The translations under genes and the position numbers were made by a program. 64,000 nt of DNA from Oopsacas minuta (lineage: Eukaryota; Animalia; Porifera), in assembly GCA_024704765.1 (NCBI GenBank), contig JAKMXF010000297.1, positions 364,921 to 428,920 on the forward strand, given 5' to 3'. The notes below the pieces were generated by a model. The model was not told the DNA's origin and did not search any database. It saw only the letters and a program-made list of their open reading frames with translations. Positions 51,290 through 63,759 of the stretch are shown here, piece by piece (the first letter of the stretch is position 1; the number at the start of each line of letters is the position of its first letter).

Positions 51290-54046
51290 ATTACGCATGT
51301 ATATGAGCTGTGTAATATTATCTGCAATAAGTTTCACGCTTGATTCCTAATAAATCAGCTCATGCACGTCGTCATATGTGAGCTGATGAACTGATCCAGA
51401 TTCTAATGGACATTCTCCTACAATTGAATTGGATGATGTGAAGCCATTAGGAATCAATTCAACAACAATGAATAACGTAGAGATATGCACGTGAAGTACA
51501 TTACCGTAATGTGTGCACCACGCGTGGATTTGTTTAAGTATAAAAGACTGCATCTTACGTGATAATACAATATCAGTGTTTTAAACTGAAGGTAGATAGT
51601 ACATTCTATGAATTACAAACACAAAGAAAATATGTCAACAGTAATCCGGTCTAATCTCGCCAAATTGGAGAGTACATATGCACTAGAGATTATAAGCAAT
51701 CTTCAGCAATATTTGGAATGTTCAATAAATTCAGCGCCTACCAGCCCCAGAACGGGAGAGTTGTATCTTTTTGTGACAGAACACATATCAAAGAAAGGTA
51801 AATATACTATTTTATAAATAATGTTAGCAAATAACTACAATCATAGCTATGCTACAATGAATAAGAATTAATTATAGGCAAGAGTGGTAAGTAATTTATT
51901 GCTCCCATAAGCTATGATAAATCCTCACGATTGGTAACATGAATACTTGTACGCATTATACAATTATCAAAATTCTCAATCTTGAAAATATTATAACTAA
52001 TAGCTGTATATTATCCGTTTGCACCGAATATAGAACAATTCGGATGTATCCTCCTTCGAAAATGGAAATATATCCATGGAGAGAGGTATGCAATACAAAT
52101 TGTTATCAATTTAGTAAATTTACGTATAATTCCCTAATTTAAAATACAAACTCTTTAGATGAGTGGAAATATGACAATCTGAAGTGGATCAATAACTCAA
52201 GCAGATTATGTCAGAGAGGAAAATTTCAGATAAAACTACACTACTTTACCATAAATATCGGTTTTAGGAACAGAGGTCTGTTCTTTAAACAGGTATATGC
52301 TACACAAGTAGGAGAATTATACATAGCTCTCATATATTATCACGGAAGTAACGAACATGCAATTAAACTACCACACAGCAAACTCAAACAATTACAAAAC
52401 AGCATACAAGTTTCTCCAGTAGTAAACACGTATCAACTGCCACCAAAACGAGACCTTGCAGAATTAGACTTGGTATCTCCAACAATTCTTCTACACAGCC
52501 CTACAAAAACCTCTTCAGATGACTTCAATACCATTTCACCTCAGATCAACAAGACTATACACATTCCTGACTCAACATTAAGGATGGACAACAACACACG
52601 ACAACTATACATTCTTGCATTACATCACAAAGCTGAACAACATCCAAATTTAATCTATCAGCTAACAAGCATACCTCAACTCACAGTCATATTCGGCTAC
52701 AACGACCTCATTCAAGAATTTAGACATTTACTCAGAACTTATCCTCTCCCACAACAAATATGCCTGTCACTGGACATCAGTGTTAGAATGGATAATTTCT
52801 ACGTCACACCTATTTACATTAACTATCCGTGCTTTTCTGAGAATCCAAGTTTCCCTGTCTTAGTACTTATCCACGAAATGAAAACATATCAAGCTTACAA
52901 CTGTCTATTGAATGAGTTGATAGAATTAATGCCAGAACTGCTATGTGATAACTATACAGTCAAACTAGATGACAACGAGCTTTCACTCAATAGCTTTAAG
53001 AAACATCTCTCCAATGTTAATATACACAAAACTGCTTCACAACACAGCCTATCACGTTGTAGCGAGGATAGAGCGATATTGAATAGTCTCTTGTTATTAC
53101 TTCCCTTGTTCCAATTGAATTAATAGAAATCATGAATAATCATCAGAAAGATATCCTCGAAGAGATAAGTAGGAGCTACAAATCAAAGGGACAATACTGT
53201 TTACAAGGACAACAGGCTGCTTGTCTACAGAATAGCACCTACCAGGTTCTGAAGGTAATTTACTAACTAATCAACCGATTACTGTTGGGATGTTTTTGTA
53301 GTCCAAAAGTGTGGGAAGACGTCGATGTTTTACTGAAATTGTGAAAACCGTCCGATTCATCTCTACGATCATAAATTTCTACCGTGATCGGTTTAATTTA
53401 CTGAAACGGCTAAGTAATAATAAATCTAATTTCCGTACTTTTAGTTTGTGGCAGAATCCAGCCAAAATCACTGTTTCACGTAATCGGGGTGAACAATTTA
53501 CCTAAAATTCAGCAGGCCCTAGTCTTACCAGTAATTGAATTAAACATTCCTACAGGCTTCCCAAGTAACCATTCAAGATATTCCAGGAATAAAATGGCAA
53601 TTTCAGAGCAGCCCTAACCAAGAACATGACCAGTGTGTTGGCTTTAGCTCCTATGTCATGCTAGAACAGAGCTCAGGTGAGGATTCTCCTAATCAAGGAT
53701 CTACTACTCCTGTGGTAGTTGATGTTAATCATTATGAGAGTATCATTTCACAGTCAAATGACAAGTTAATGGACCATTTAGAAATACAGCAGTTCTAGCA
53801 GATGAGCTCTCTCTCGTCAATCTTGAACCAATTTTTGGAATAGGTGTTTCATTTGTAAAACAAAGTACAACAATCCTATTTAGGATTTTATAGGCTGATA
53901 ATATCTCTGATACTTCATGTTTGTCCAATTTTCCTTAGGATTGTTACAGTATACTCTATCTATGATTAGTTTTATAATCTTATACGTTGGTTTATCTGTT
54001 ATATTGTTGTATACAATCCATACAATTCAATAAAGAATTAAATTAT
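51290..54046. repeat. About 2.75-kb block nearly identical to 60366-63130
   Basis: Colinear at offset 9076 over most of its length; about ten differences seen by eye; no TIR or TSD at the ends. Confidence 0.95.
51608..53798 (+). pseudogene. Frameshifted copy of the MULE-transposase-like gene
   Basis: Same exons as 60684-62874, but one C is missing after 53094 (ttgt-tattac versus ttgtctattac), giving a stop at 53123. Confidence 0.7.
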
Positions 54047-55741
54047 TACACATAACTGTTTTGAAATGATTATTATAGTTACAGAAAAATTTAACTAAAA
54101 CTGAGAACTCGATTAGTAATTAGCAGAAATTGTAATTGGTCCTTTCGCGAATGTTCGACTTAACCGATGCGATAAGTGCTATAGGTACAACGAAGGGAAA
54201 TGAATATCCGTGATAACGAATGTTCGAGTTAACGGGCATTCGAGTTATCCGATGTTAACTGTATATCCACTATGCAATATTCTTCTTAAGTAGAATTGAT
54301 ATTTCAAGAATAGCAATGTAAGTAATTGAGAACATTTTCCAATACTTACCAATTCCGAATTCGTAAGAAATACAATCTAAGATTTGAATACGAATGAATC
54401 TAATCAATACATCAACATACTTTTATGGTGTTCATCTTGAAATTCCTTATAAAATCTTGTATGCATCTTTCTTATGGGTCCATTACTAACTCCTTTAGTC
54501 CCCTATCTCTTCTTCCAGTCTTTCTTCTCTCTCAATAATTACAGGTGCAGGTAGTCAGGATCTGTGTACAGCTTCATGGCATCCTTACAGTCCTCTCGTA
54601 GATGCGTAACACGATGGAAGTTTGGAGGCGATTCACAGTCCTTATATATATTGCTCCTATACCGATCAAAGAACGATAATATACTAATAGAAAGTAGTGC
54701 AGTGATGCCAGCAGTAACATTGAAGTAATACTATATAGTTGCTATTCGGTTGGTGATTCTGTGAGGCTACTATTCATGAATACTGATATTAGGTTCGAGT
54801 GGTCTCCACCTTGGCATAAGCCAGCAATATACAATAGGGGATAGTTTATGATTAAGATAATCGAACATTTGGTTACTTTGGTTAAAATGTGGACAGAAGT
54901 AAACAAGTTATTGCTATGTAATTCATGGCTAAGCGTATTCATACTCTAATAAATATCTACCAACAGTAATAATAGTCAATAATTGTAGTATAATATATTT
55001 ATACCTGTAGTGTAGGAGAGTGTACTAGAGACAGAATCTTCTGTTTTTTCGATTTGTCTGATCCTGAACTTCTTGGTTGGCCTCATGTGTCCAGAGGCAT
55101 TGATTCGAAATATTTATTGGGGGAGCAAAGTGGATAATAAGAAATGTTCCATAGCTAAAATATTATTATTCAAAGAATTCGTACTTGATTTACAACTTCT
55201 TATGAGCGGCTTAAAATGTCCAGGCATATATGAGAACCCTTTTCCAGAGCAGAAGATGGAGCTTATTCCGGCATGTTCTTATATCCAGTGCGGTTATAAC
55301 CGGCATCTACTGTATTCGAATATTAATGGAAGTCTTAAACTTAAGCGACTGAACATAGTATACTACAATTGTAATATTTATACATGTTTTATTAGCTTAC
55401 AATACACAATGCCAGTTTGGTGTATGCAACAATTGCTCGTGATGGTGGGTTGAAATTTCTGGCATTAACCAACAAAGCAGTTGTGTGCAACAGAGATTCA
55501 CCGGTCTGTATGCATAGACAATCACTCAATAATATATTACAATGTACATACACAAACATTACATACAGTTTCTGGTGTATACCAACACGCTTACTAATAT
55601 TCTAATAAAATTATAATCACAATACGCTGACTATAATGAATACAACTATCAACAGATAGAATACACACTCTCAAGAGGATCTAAGAAATACTTACAAAAT
55701 ATACACATGAGTTGCATGTTTTTTGTGAGATTTAATTCAGT

Positions 55742-58700
55742 CTAATTAGTGTCCCAATCTTCATCGTCAGAATAATCATCATCGTATTCAGAATCTGAGT
55801 CAGATATTTCTATAGCGATACGGCGCGCTAGAATAGAAGCTACATCATTACCTCTAGATGGCTGAGGTGGTTCTTCCTTCCTCTTCTCAACTTTACGCAG
55901 AGTTGTCCCCTAAACAAGAATTACTTTAGTAGCTATAATGTAATATATGGTTAAGCTTAAGTTATACTGTGAATAATGACATACTGCTTGTCAGACGACA
56001 TTAGCGGTGCAACAGGCACAGCGAGCGCTTTACCACTTTTTGAAGGAAATGCGACAGTGTGACTACTGTATGCTACGATACTAAGATATTCTTACTGGCA
56101 ATTACATAATCTCTGTTATTGTAATACGCGCATTGACATCATGTGAGAGAATGTGTTGATATTATCGGATACAATATTAAGATAATCAGACAACAGACCT
56201 GTTTAATCGATAAAAGAAGACCGTCTCTAGCATCTATAGGAGCAGTTTTCTTCTCAACAGTCTTCAACATGTCTCTAGCTGCTCCCATCTCTCCGAGTAT
56301 TGACGACCGAGCATCAATGGTTGAGTCAGCTGGAAGAGGAGGGGAAGGGGGGAGATCATCAGGTACATTGGGCATATTGGGAGGAGGAGCAGGGATGTTG
56401 GCAGGAGGTGGTGACGGCTCTCTGGGCTGTTGAGGAGGAGGAGGTGGTTGACAATACGTTGAAGTAGCAGGGGTGGGAGGGGAGTAGGTAGGAGTAGTAC
56501 TTGAGGGTTGTGGAGGGAGGGAGGATGGAGGAACGGGAGCAGGGGCAGAGGGGGCAGACCTTTTAGGGTGTCTGTGTCCAGTTTCAGACGTCATAGAATC
56601 AGTTGGTATTGGATCAGATGGTACGTATGGAGCGGAAGGAGGAGTGTTAGTGGGATGATGGGGAGGGGCGACAGCTTGTGGGGAGTGAGAACGGGATAGT
56701 TTTGGAGATGGATTGTTTTCTATTCCATTCTCCTCGACGTGGACTTTGGAGGACTCATTAGTGTCTACTGTTGCTCCATCATGAATAGGAACAGAGGGAG
56801 AGGGAGCTGCTTTCTGTTCTAAAATTATAAATAGCAAGATTGATCAAGAAATTTGCATATAATGACAAGATTACTCTCGTAATAATCATATACAAGCACA
56901 ACGGTCATAACGCCGAACTATTTAGATTGTCTCCTCTAATTCTAATTTACTATTACAATCTCAATAAAATATTTCGTAACTATAGCTGAGTGATGGAATT
57001 TTCTTTTATTGTATTACAACATTAAGTAATTAGCAGTAGCTGATCCAGAATTCTCTCAGGATTAGGATTGACAATCAATGGTAATTGCCAAGCAATTATT
57101 ATAAAATTAGGGTATGTCCCCAGAAAATGTGATAATTATTTATCAAATATCATAAAAAAGATTAATGAATTATCATAAGAACCGTAGCAACTAGCAAGAA
57201 ATAATAAATTTGTCCAACCAGATTGTAACTTTGTTACTCTATTGTAGTTTAACGAAATTTATCTCTGATTAGTATCTATTAAATATTAGCATCAGATGTA
57301 AATTCTTAGTTCTCCTTTATGAATTCGCTATTTTATACCCACCAATGATACTGCATACCAACAAGAAGACAACCGAAGACCACATCTTGTTAAAGCAATT
57401 GAATCAATGTATTAACGACCAGATACAGTATAAAGTAGACTTTAGGAATGCAGCACTTTAGGACAGCTCTGACTTCTAATCTGCATGCTAAAATTCCAAG
57501 TCAATTGGAACATGGACGATGTTGCACACAAATAAGGACGTTGCCAGATGTACTGTACCAAGTACTTACTCATTTCTTTGATTTTGCTTAGACATATATG
57601 TTACACACAGTGATAAAATATTCATTCTACACGTAAAGTAAACACTTGTTTAGTATGAAGGCGGACTCAATTCAGACAAACATGCATCATAAATGGCAAA
57701 TCAAATAGTTTAAAGATGTCATTTCAGAGGGGTTAATTTAAGTAGCTTGATTCCATTGGGATTTACGAATAGAGACATTCCAACAGTATAGTTCCCTACT
57801 GATCCATCGAACAGATCTTTAACAGAGAAAGTTGAGTGTGTTTTATTGATGAGATTGAATAGAAGCTCATACTTGTGTGGGTTTGCAAAATCTTGTAAAT
57901 ACAGTACTGCGACTGCAAAGCTTGAATCAGAAAGTTCTTTCTTGAACACAAACCAGAGCTCATCAGGTGATGAATATACCATGCGTGCTTGTTGTCCCTT
58001 AGAGTCCTGATCTACAGCGATAACATCTCTATTGGATATAATCTGGAGAGCGTAATCAGCAAGGTTATTCATATCCACTGAGAGGATGAGGGGGGACGAG
58101 AACATCGCCCACATACCGAATTGAACTTCAGACTGACTCTTACTGAGTGAAAAATCACCCACCAATATCATGTCCGGATCATTCCAGTGACCTGGACCAG
58201 AAAGAGCAGCCATCCAATCTTGATTATGTGCATAGAACATAATTATCCTCTTCACAGAACTCCAGGAGTCCTGAATATCAAAGTAATTCCGCCACAAGTT
58301 GCAAGTATCCATCAGCAGAGTGTAGTTAATCTTCAGACCAGCATTCCAGACGTAAAACGGCCATGAACAGGAATACACCATGTGACGTTTAGTAGCATTA
58401 AGTGACCGCCCCATTAATTGATAACTAGAAGCAATGTCAGACAGCTTAATATTACACCCGTCTAGCTTAACATAGTCTACTCCCCATTTAGCAAAGGTGT
58501 CAGCGTCTAGTTGTTCGTGTCCCCAGGAGCCAGGGTACCCACCACATGTCTTAGATCCCATATCCCCATAAATCCCAAACTTAACACCAAGTTTGTGTAT
58601 TACATTTACAAGGTAAGACATCCCGTTAGGAAATCTCTCCGGGTTAGGGACAAGTTCTCCCGTAACATTGTCACGGGTGTCAGCTAGCCAGCAATCATCT

Positions 58701-61700
58701 ATAATGACGTAGTCGTAACCTATCTTATCCAAACCTTTCTCAATAAGTGCATGAGCTTGTGAGAGTATCAGCTTCTCACCGATGCAAGCATCTGGATAAA
58801 CAACACAATCTACAGTACAAGCAAATCTCTCCCAAGATAACCAACCCATTGGAGGAGTCAGGGCTAAACCGTTATCAAGAGCTCTACATACGTCAGACAA
58901 TGACAGGATAAGAAGACAGCATAAATAAATCAGATCCATCCCAACGATGGAAGTTATATGTTTGATAGTTTGTTAGCTATTTAATCTCTGTGTTATAAGA
59001 ATAGGAATTGACAGCCTATTTGAAATTATTAAATGTTCACAACTACAAAATTATATATCGTAAAAGATAAATGCGCAAATACTTATATTTATTGTAAATG
59101 TGAGAGTTGTTGGTTCAATCAACATTTGTTACAACCTAAGCCTAGAAGGAATTGTCTTCAAGTAGACGTAATGTCTAGTTAATTAATCAATAGTCTTCAT
59201 TTTACAACTGATCAGATATTTAATGAATTAATATTGCCATACAATGTTACAAGGTTCAAGAAATCATAGATAGAACCATCCAAACGGACAGATATGACGT
59301 TTAAGGGATATCAACTAACGCTATTTGTATGTGTAATGATCTGAATATAAGTCATCTTACTTAAGTGATGTATTTTAACCGAATGCTGCCGGTAAAATGT
59401 GTGATTTTATGACGTCAAAAAGTGCTAATATCTCGTATTGAGTGCGAGAATTGGTTAAAACGAAAAATTTAGTATTCCTTTTCATTACGAACGTAACGCT
59501 CATCCGCGATCGGTTATAGTGCAGTGGGAAATTTAAAAGGGCTCTTTTTAAAATGAGAGAGCTTCGCCCTCTCAGTTTGGTGAAAATTACTCCCCAAATT
59601 AACAAATAACTTATATATATATATATATAGCTCAGCTATACTATAGTACAGTTCTTCCATCTTCGAGGAAAGGTCATTTCGGATTAATGAAAGTCACCTT
59701 TCGAATGAGGACATGGGGTTTTTGTATAGCAAAAAAACGGTACTATACTATAGCTCAGGGGCCTTATTAACTAAAATTCTAAGAATTATTCTTACCTTAA
59801 TTCTAAGTGTAATTCTAAGAATAATTCTAAGAATTCATGAAATATTCTTAGTCTTCGTTAAGAATTCTTAACTTGGTTATACTTAACGGATTCTTAGAAT
59901 AATTCTTAGAATTAAGCAATTCTAAGAAAAATTCTTAGAATTGGGTAATTCTACTTGATTGATTCTTGCTATTGATTAATAAAATTTATGCCAATTCATT
60001 CGACTTCAATCGCTTTTTGAGAAGATATGCGCATAGTAGAAAATAATATCCTTCTACTTGTATACTTCATTTATCATTAATGAGATAATTGCCCCACCCA
60101 ATAGCGGGTATTACAACATGTGGATATGATAATCAAACATATTGTCTTAAGCGATGAACAATCTTCTTTGTAAATAAATGCGTATTGATTATAATTCCAT
60201 AGAAAAGTAAAATAAATTATAAGTTTAGTGTCCTCTTTACCTCACTAAATATTTTTCTTAGAATTATTCTAAGAATTTGACTTAAATTAAGCAAAATTCT
60301 AAGAATTTGACTTAAGAATTTTAGTCAATAAGGCCCCTGGTATATAAAAGGAACCTCCCAAATTAATTACGCATGTATATGAGCTGTGTAATATTATCTG
60401 CAATAAGTTTTACGCTTGATTCCTAATAAATCAGCTCATGCACGTCGTCATATGTGAGCTGATGAACTGATCCAGATTCTAATGGACATTCTCCTACAAT
60501 TGAATTGGATGATGTGAAGCCATTAGGAATCAATTCAACAACAATGAATAACGTAGAGATATGCACGTGAAGTACATTACCGTAATGTGTGCACCACGCG
60601 TGGATTTGTTTAAGTATAAAAGACTGCATCTTACGTGATAATACAATATCAGTGTTTTAAACTGAAGGTAGATAGTACATTCTATGAATTACAAACACAA
60701 AGAAAATATGTCAACAGTAATCCGGTCTAATCTCGCCAAATTGGAGAGTACATATGCACTAGAGATTATAAGCAATCTTCAGCAATATTTGGAATGTTCA
60801 ATAAATTCAGCGCCTACCAGCCCCAGAACGGGAGAGTTGTATCTTTTTGTGACAGAACACATATCAAAGAAAGGTAAATATACTATTTTATAAATAATGT
60901 TAGCAAATAACTACAATCATAGCTATGCTACAATGAATAAGAATTAATTATAGGCAAGAGTGGTAAGTAATTTATTGCTCCCATAAGCTATGATAAATCC
61001 TCACGATTGGTAACATGAATACTTGTACGCATTATACAATTATCAAAATTCTCAATCTTGAAAATATTATAACTAATAGCTGTATATTATCCGTTTGCAC
61101 CGAATATAGAACAATTCGGATGTATCCTCCTTCGAAAATGGAAATATATCCATGGAGAGAGGTATGCAATACAAATTGTTATCAATTTAGTAAATTTACG
61201 TATAATTCCCTAATTTAAAATACAAACTCTTTAGATGAGTGGAAATATGACAATCTGAAGTGGATCAATAACTCAAGCAGATTATGTCAGAGAGGAAAAT
61301 TTCAGATAAAACTACACTACTTTACCATAAATATCGGTTTTAGGAACAGAGGTCTATTCTTTAAACAGGTATATGCTACACAAGTAGGAGAATTATACAT
61401 AGCTCTCATATATTATCACGGAAGTAACGAGCATGCAATTAAACTACCACACAGCAAACTCAAACAATTACAAAACAGCATACAAGTTTCTCCAGTAGTA
61501 AACACGTATCAACTGCCACCAAAACGAGACCTTGCAGAATTAGACTTGGTATCTCCAACAATTCTTCTACACAGTCCTACAAAAACCTCTTCAGATGACC
61601 TCAATACCATTTCACCTCAGATCAACAAGACTATACACATTCCTGAGTCAACATTAAGGATGGACAACAACACACGACAACTATACATTCTTGCATTACA

Positions 61701-63759
61701 TCACAAAGCTGAACAACATCCAAATTTAATCTATCAGCTAACAAGCATACCTCAACTCACAGTCATATTCGGCTACAACGACCTCATTCAAGAATTTAGA
61801 CATTTACTCAGAACTTATCCTCTCCCACAACAAATATGCCTGTCACTGGACATCAGTGTTAGAATGGATAATTTCTACGTCACACCTATTTACATTAACT
61901 ATCCGTGCTTTTCTGAGAATCCAAGTTTCCCTGTCTTAGTACTTATCCACGAAATGAAAACATATCAAGCTTACAACTGTCTATTGAATGAGTTGATAGA
62001 ATTAATGCCAGAACTGCTATGTGATAACTATACAGTCAAACTAGATGACAACGAGCTTTCACTCAATAGCTTTAAGAAACATCTCTCCAATGTTAATATA
62101 CACAAAACTGCTTCACAACACAGCCTATCACGTTGTAGCGAGGATAGAGCGATATTGAATAGTCTCTTGTCTATTACTTCCCTTGTTCCAATTGAATTAA
62201 TAGAAATCATGAATAATCATCAGAAAGATATCCTCGAAGAGATAAGTAGGAGCTACAAATCAAAGGGACAATACTGTTTACAAGGACAACAGGCTGCTTG
62301 TCTACAGAATAGCACCTACCAGGTTCTGAAGGTAATTTACTAACTAATCAACCGATTACTGTTGGGATGTTTTTGTAGTCCAAAAGTGTGGGAAGACGTC
62401 GATGTTTTACTGAAATTGTGAAAACCGTCCGATTCATCTCTACGATCATAAATTTCTACCGTGATCGGTTTAATTTACTGAAACGGCTAAGTAATAATAA
62501 ATCTAATTTCCGTACTTTTAGTTTGTGGCAGAATCCAGCCAAATCACTGTTTCACGTAATCGGGGTGAACAATTTACCTAAAATTCAGCAGGCCCTAGTC
62601 TTACCAGTAATTGAATTAAACATTCCTACAGGCTTCCCAAGTAACCATTCAAGATATTCCAGGAATAAAATGGCAATTTCAGAGCAGCCCTAACCAAGAA
62701 CATGACCAGTGTGTTGGCTTTAGCTCCTATGTCATGCTAGAACAGAGCTCAGGTGAGGATTCTCCTATTCAAGGATCTACTACTCCTGTGGTAGTTGATG
62801 TTAATCATTATGAGAGTATCATTTCACAGTCAAATGACAAGTTAATGGACCATTTAGAAATACAGCAGTTCTAGCAGATGAGCTCTCTCTCGTCAATCTT
62901 GAACCAATTTTTGGAATAGGTGTTTCATTTGTAAAACAAAGTACAACAATCCTATTTAGGATTTTATAGGCTGATAATATCTCTGATACTTCATGTTTGT
63001 CCAATTTTCCTTAGGATTGTTACAGTATACTCTATCTATGATTAGTTTTATAATCTTATACGTTGGTTTATCTGTTATATTGTTGTATACAATCCATACA
63101 ATTCAATAATTCAATAAAGAATTAAATTATACATATGGACTGAGTGAATAATTCGTAATGAATATCACAGTGAATCCAGTTTATTATTATCATACCGGTT
63201 AATGGAATAAACTTACGTATTTTCATAAAACGTACAACACCTGACTCTGTAGCCTAGTTGCCTCAATGATTACGCCATCCGTAATTTTCGAAATTGAGTC
63301 TTGTCGCTGGAATACACAAGGTACATGTAGAAAATTAGGGACATTTGACCCATCACTAGTTTTCAATAGTTTAATAGTCTACGATCTACTTAAATAAAAC
63401 GACAGTTTACATGACTGTATTAGTGAAATAATTATCTATTAAATGATACTGAATACGAATGAATCTAATAAACATATCAACTTACTTTTATGGTGTTCAT
63501 CTTGAAATTCCTTATCAAGACCTGTATGCACCTTTCTAGTGGGTCCACTAACTCCCTTATTCCCCTCTCTCCTCTTCCTCTTTTCTCTCCTGTCTCTATG
63601 TCTCTTCTTCTTCTGTTCGATTTCCTTATTCTGCCCCTCTATCCACAGGTTCTTGAAGTAGTCAGGATCTGTGTACAGCTTCATGGCATCCTTACCGTCT
63701 TCTCGTAGAGGCGTAACACGATTCAAGTTTGGAGGCGGCGCACAGCGCCTATATTGCTC
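55742..63759 (-). CDS. WASF: WAVE/SCAR (WASF) protein, 3' exons; 5' exons lie beyond the window
   Basis: Exons 63759-63486 (CAPPPNLNRVTPLREDGKDAMKLYTDPDYF plus basic region), 56818-56199 (Pro-rich, DARDGLLLSIKQ) and 55909-55742 (GTTLRKV, NDVASILARRIAIE, DEDW). Splice phases are compatible. Confidence 0.92.
57719..58939 (-). CDS. GH27 alpha-galactosidase / alpha-N-acetylgalactosaminidase, intronless, 406 aa
   Basis: Signal peptide; LDNGLALTPPMGWLSWERF; nucleophile YVKLDGC; WRNYFDIQDSW; GPGHWNDPDM. Confidence 0.95.
   Translation of the reverse strand: MDLIYLCCLLILSLSDVCRALDNGLALTPPMGWLSWERFACTVDCVVYPDACIGEKLILSQAHALIEKGLDKIGYDYVIIDDCWLADTRDNVTGELVPNPERFPNGMSYLVNVIHKLGVKFGIYGDMGSKTCGGYPGSWGHEQLDADTFAKWGVDYVKLDGCNIKLSDIASSYQLMGRSLNATKRHMVYSCSWPFYVWNAGLKINYTLLMDTCNLWRNYFDIQDSWSSVKRIIMFYAHNQDWMAALSGPGHWNDPDMILVGDFSLSKSQSEVQFGMWAMFSSPLILSVDMNNLADYALQIISNRDVIAVDQDSKGQQARMVYSSPDELWFVFKKELSDSSFAVAVLYLQDFANPHKYELLFNLINKTHSTFSVKDLFDGSVGNYTVGMSLFVNPNGIKLLKLTPLK
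59756..60339. mobile_element. 584-bp MITE-like element filled with TTCT(T/A)AGAA repeats
   Basis: TIRs CAGGGGCCTTATT(A/G)ACTAAAATTCT at both ends; many ttctaagaa/ttcttagaa motifs inside; no TSD found. Confidence 0.8.
60366..63130. repeat. Second copy of the 2.75-kb block
   Basis: See 51290-54046. Confidence 0.95.
60684..62874 (+). CDS. Spliced gene (predicted 509 aa) with a Mutator/MULE transposase-like core, antisense within a WAVE intron
   Basis: Exons 60684-60873, 61235-62331 and 62632-62874 join in frame (1530 nt). N-terminal PTSPRTGELYLF..DEWKYDNLKW..LIYYHG...PH; core LSLDISVRMDNFYVTP..PCFSENPSFPVLVLIHE.K. Family call is from recalled motifs. Confidence 0.62.

Larger units (their letters stand above)
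48511..54656 (-). pseudogene. Decayed tandem copy of WAVE (VCA exon 48511-48668; WHD exon 54421-54656; probable further relic near 55003-55110)
   Basis: Aligns with 55742-55909 and 63486-63759 but carries indels, in-frame stops and a W-to-R change in the acidic DEDW motif. The proline-rich exon was not found. Confidence 0.88.

Noticed and set aside
50340-51290. Short open frames upstream of the duplicated block
   Set aside because: Could not be joined into a consistent spliced frame or matched to any family.
57030-57560. Signal-peptide-like and VNPN-containing fragments downstream of the glycosidase as a second decayed GH27 copy
   Set aside because: Similarity is limited to four residues; no GH27 motifs could be aligned.
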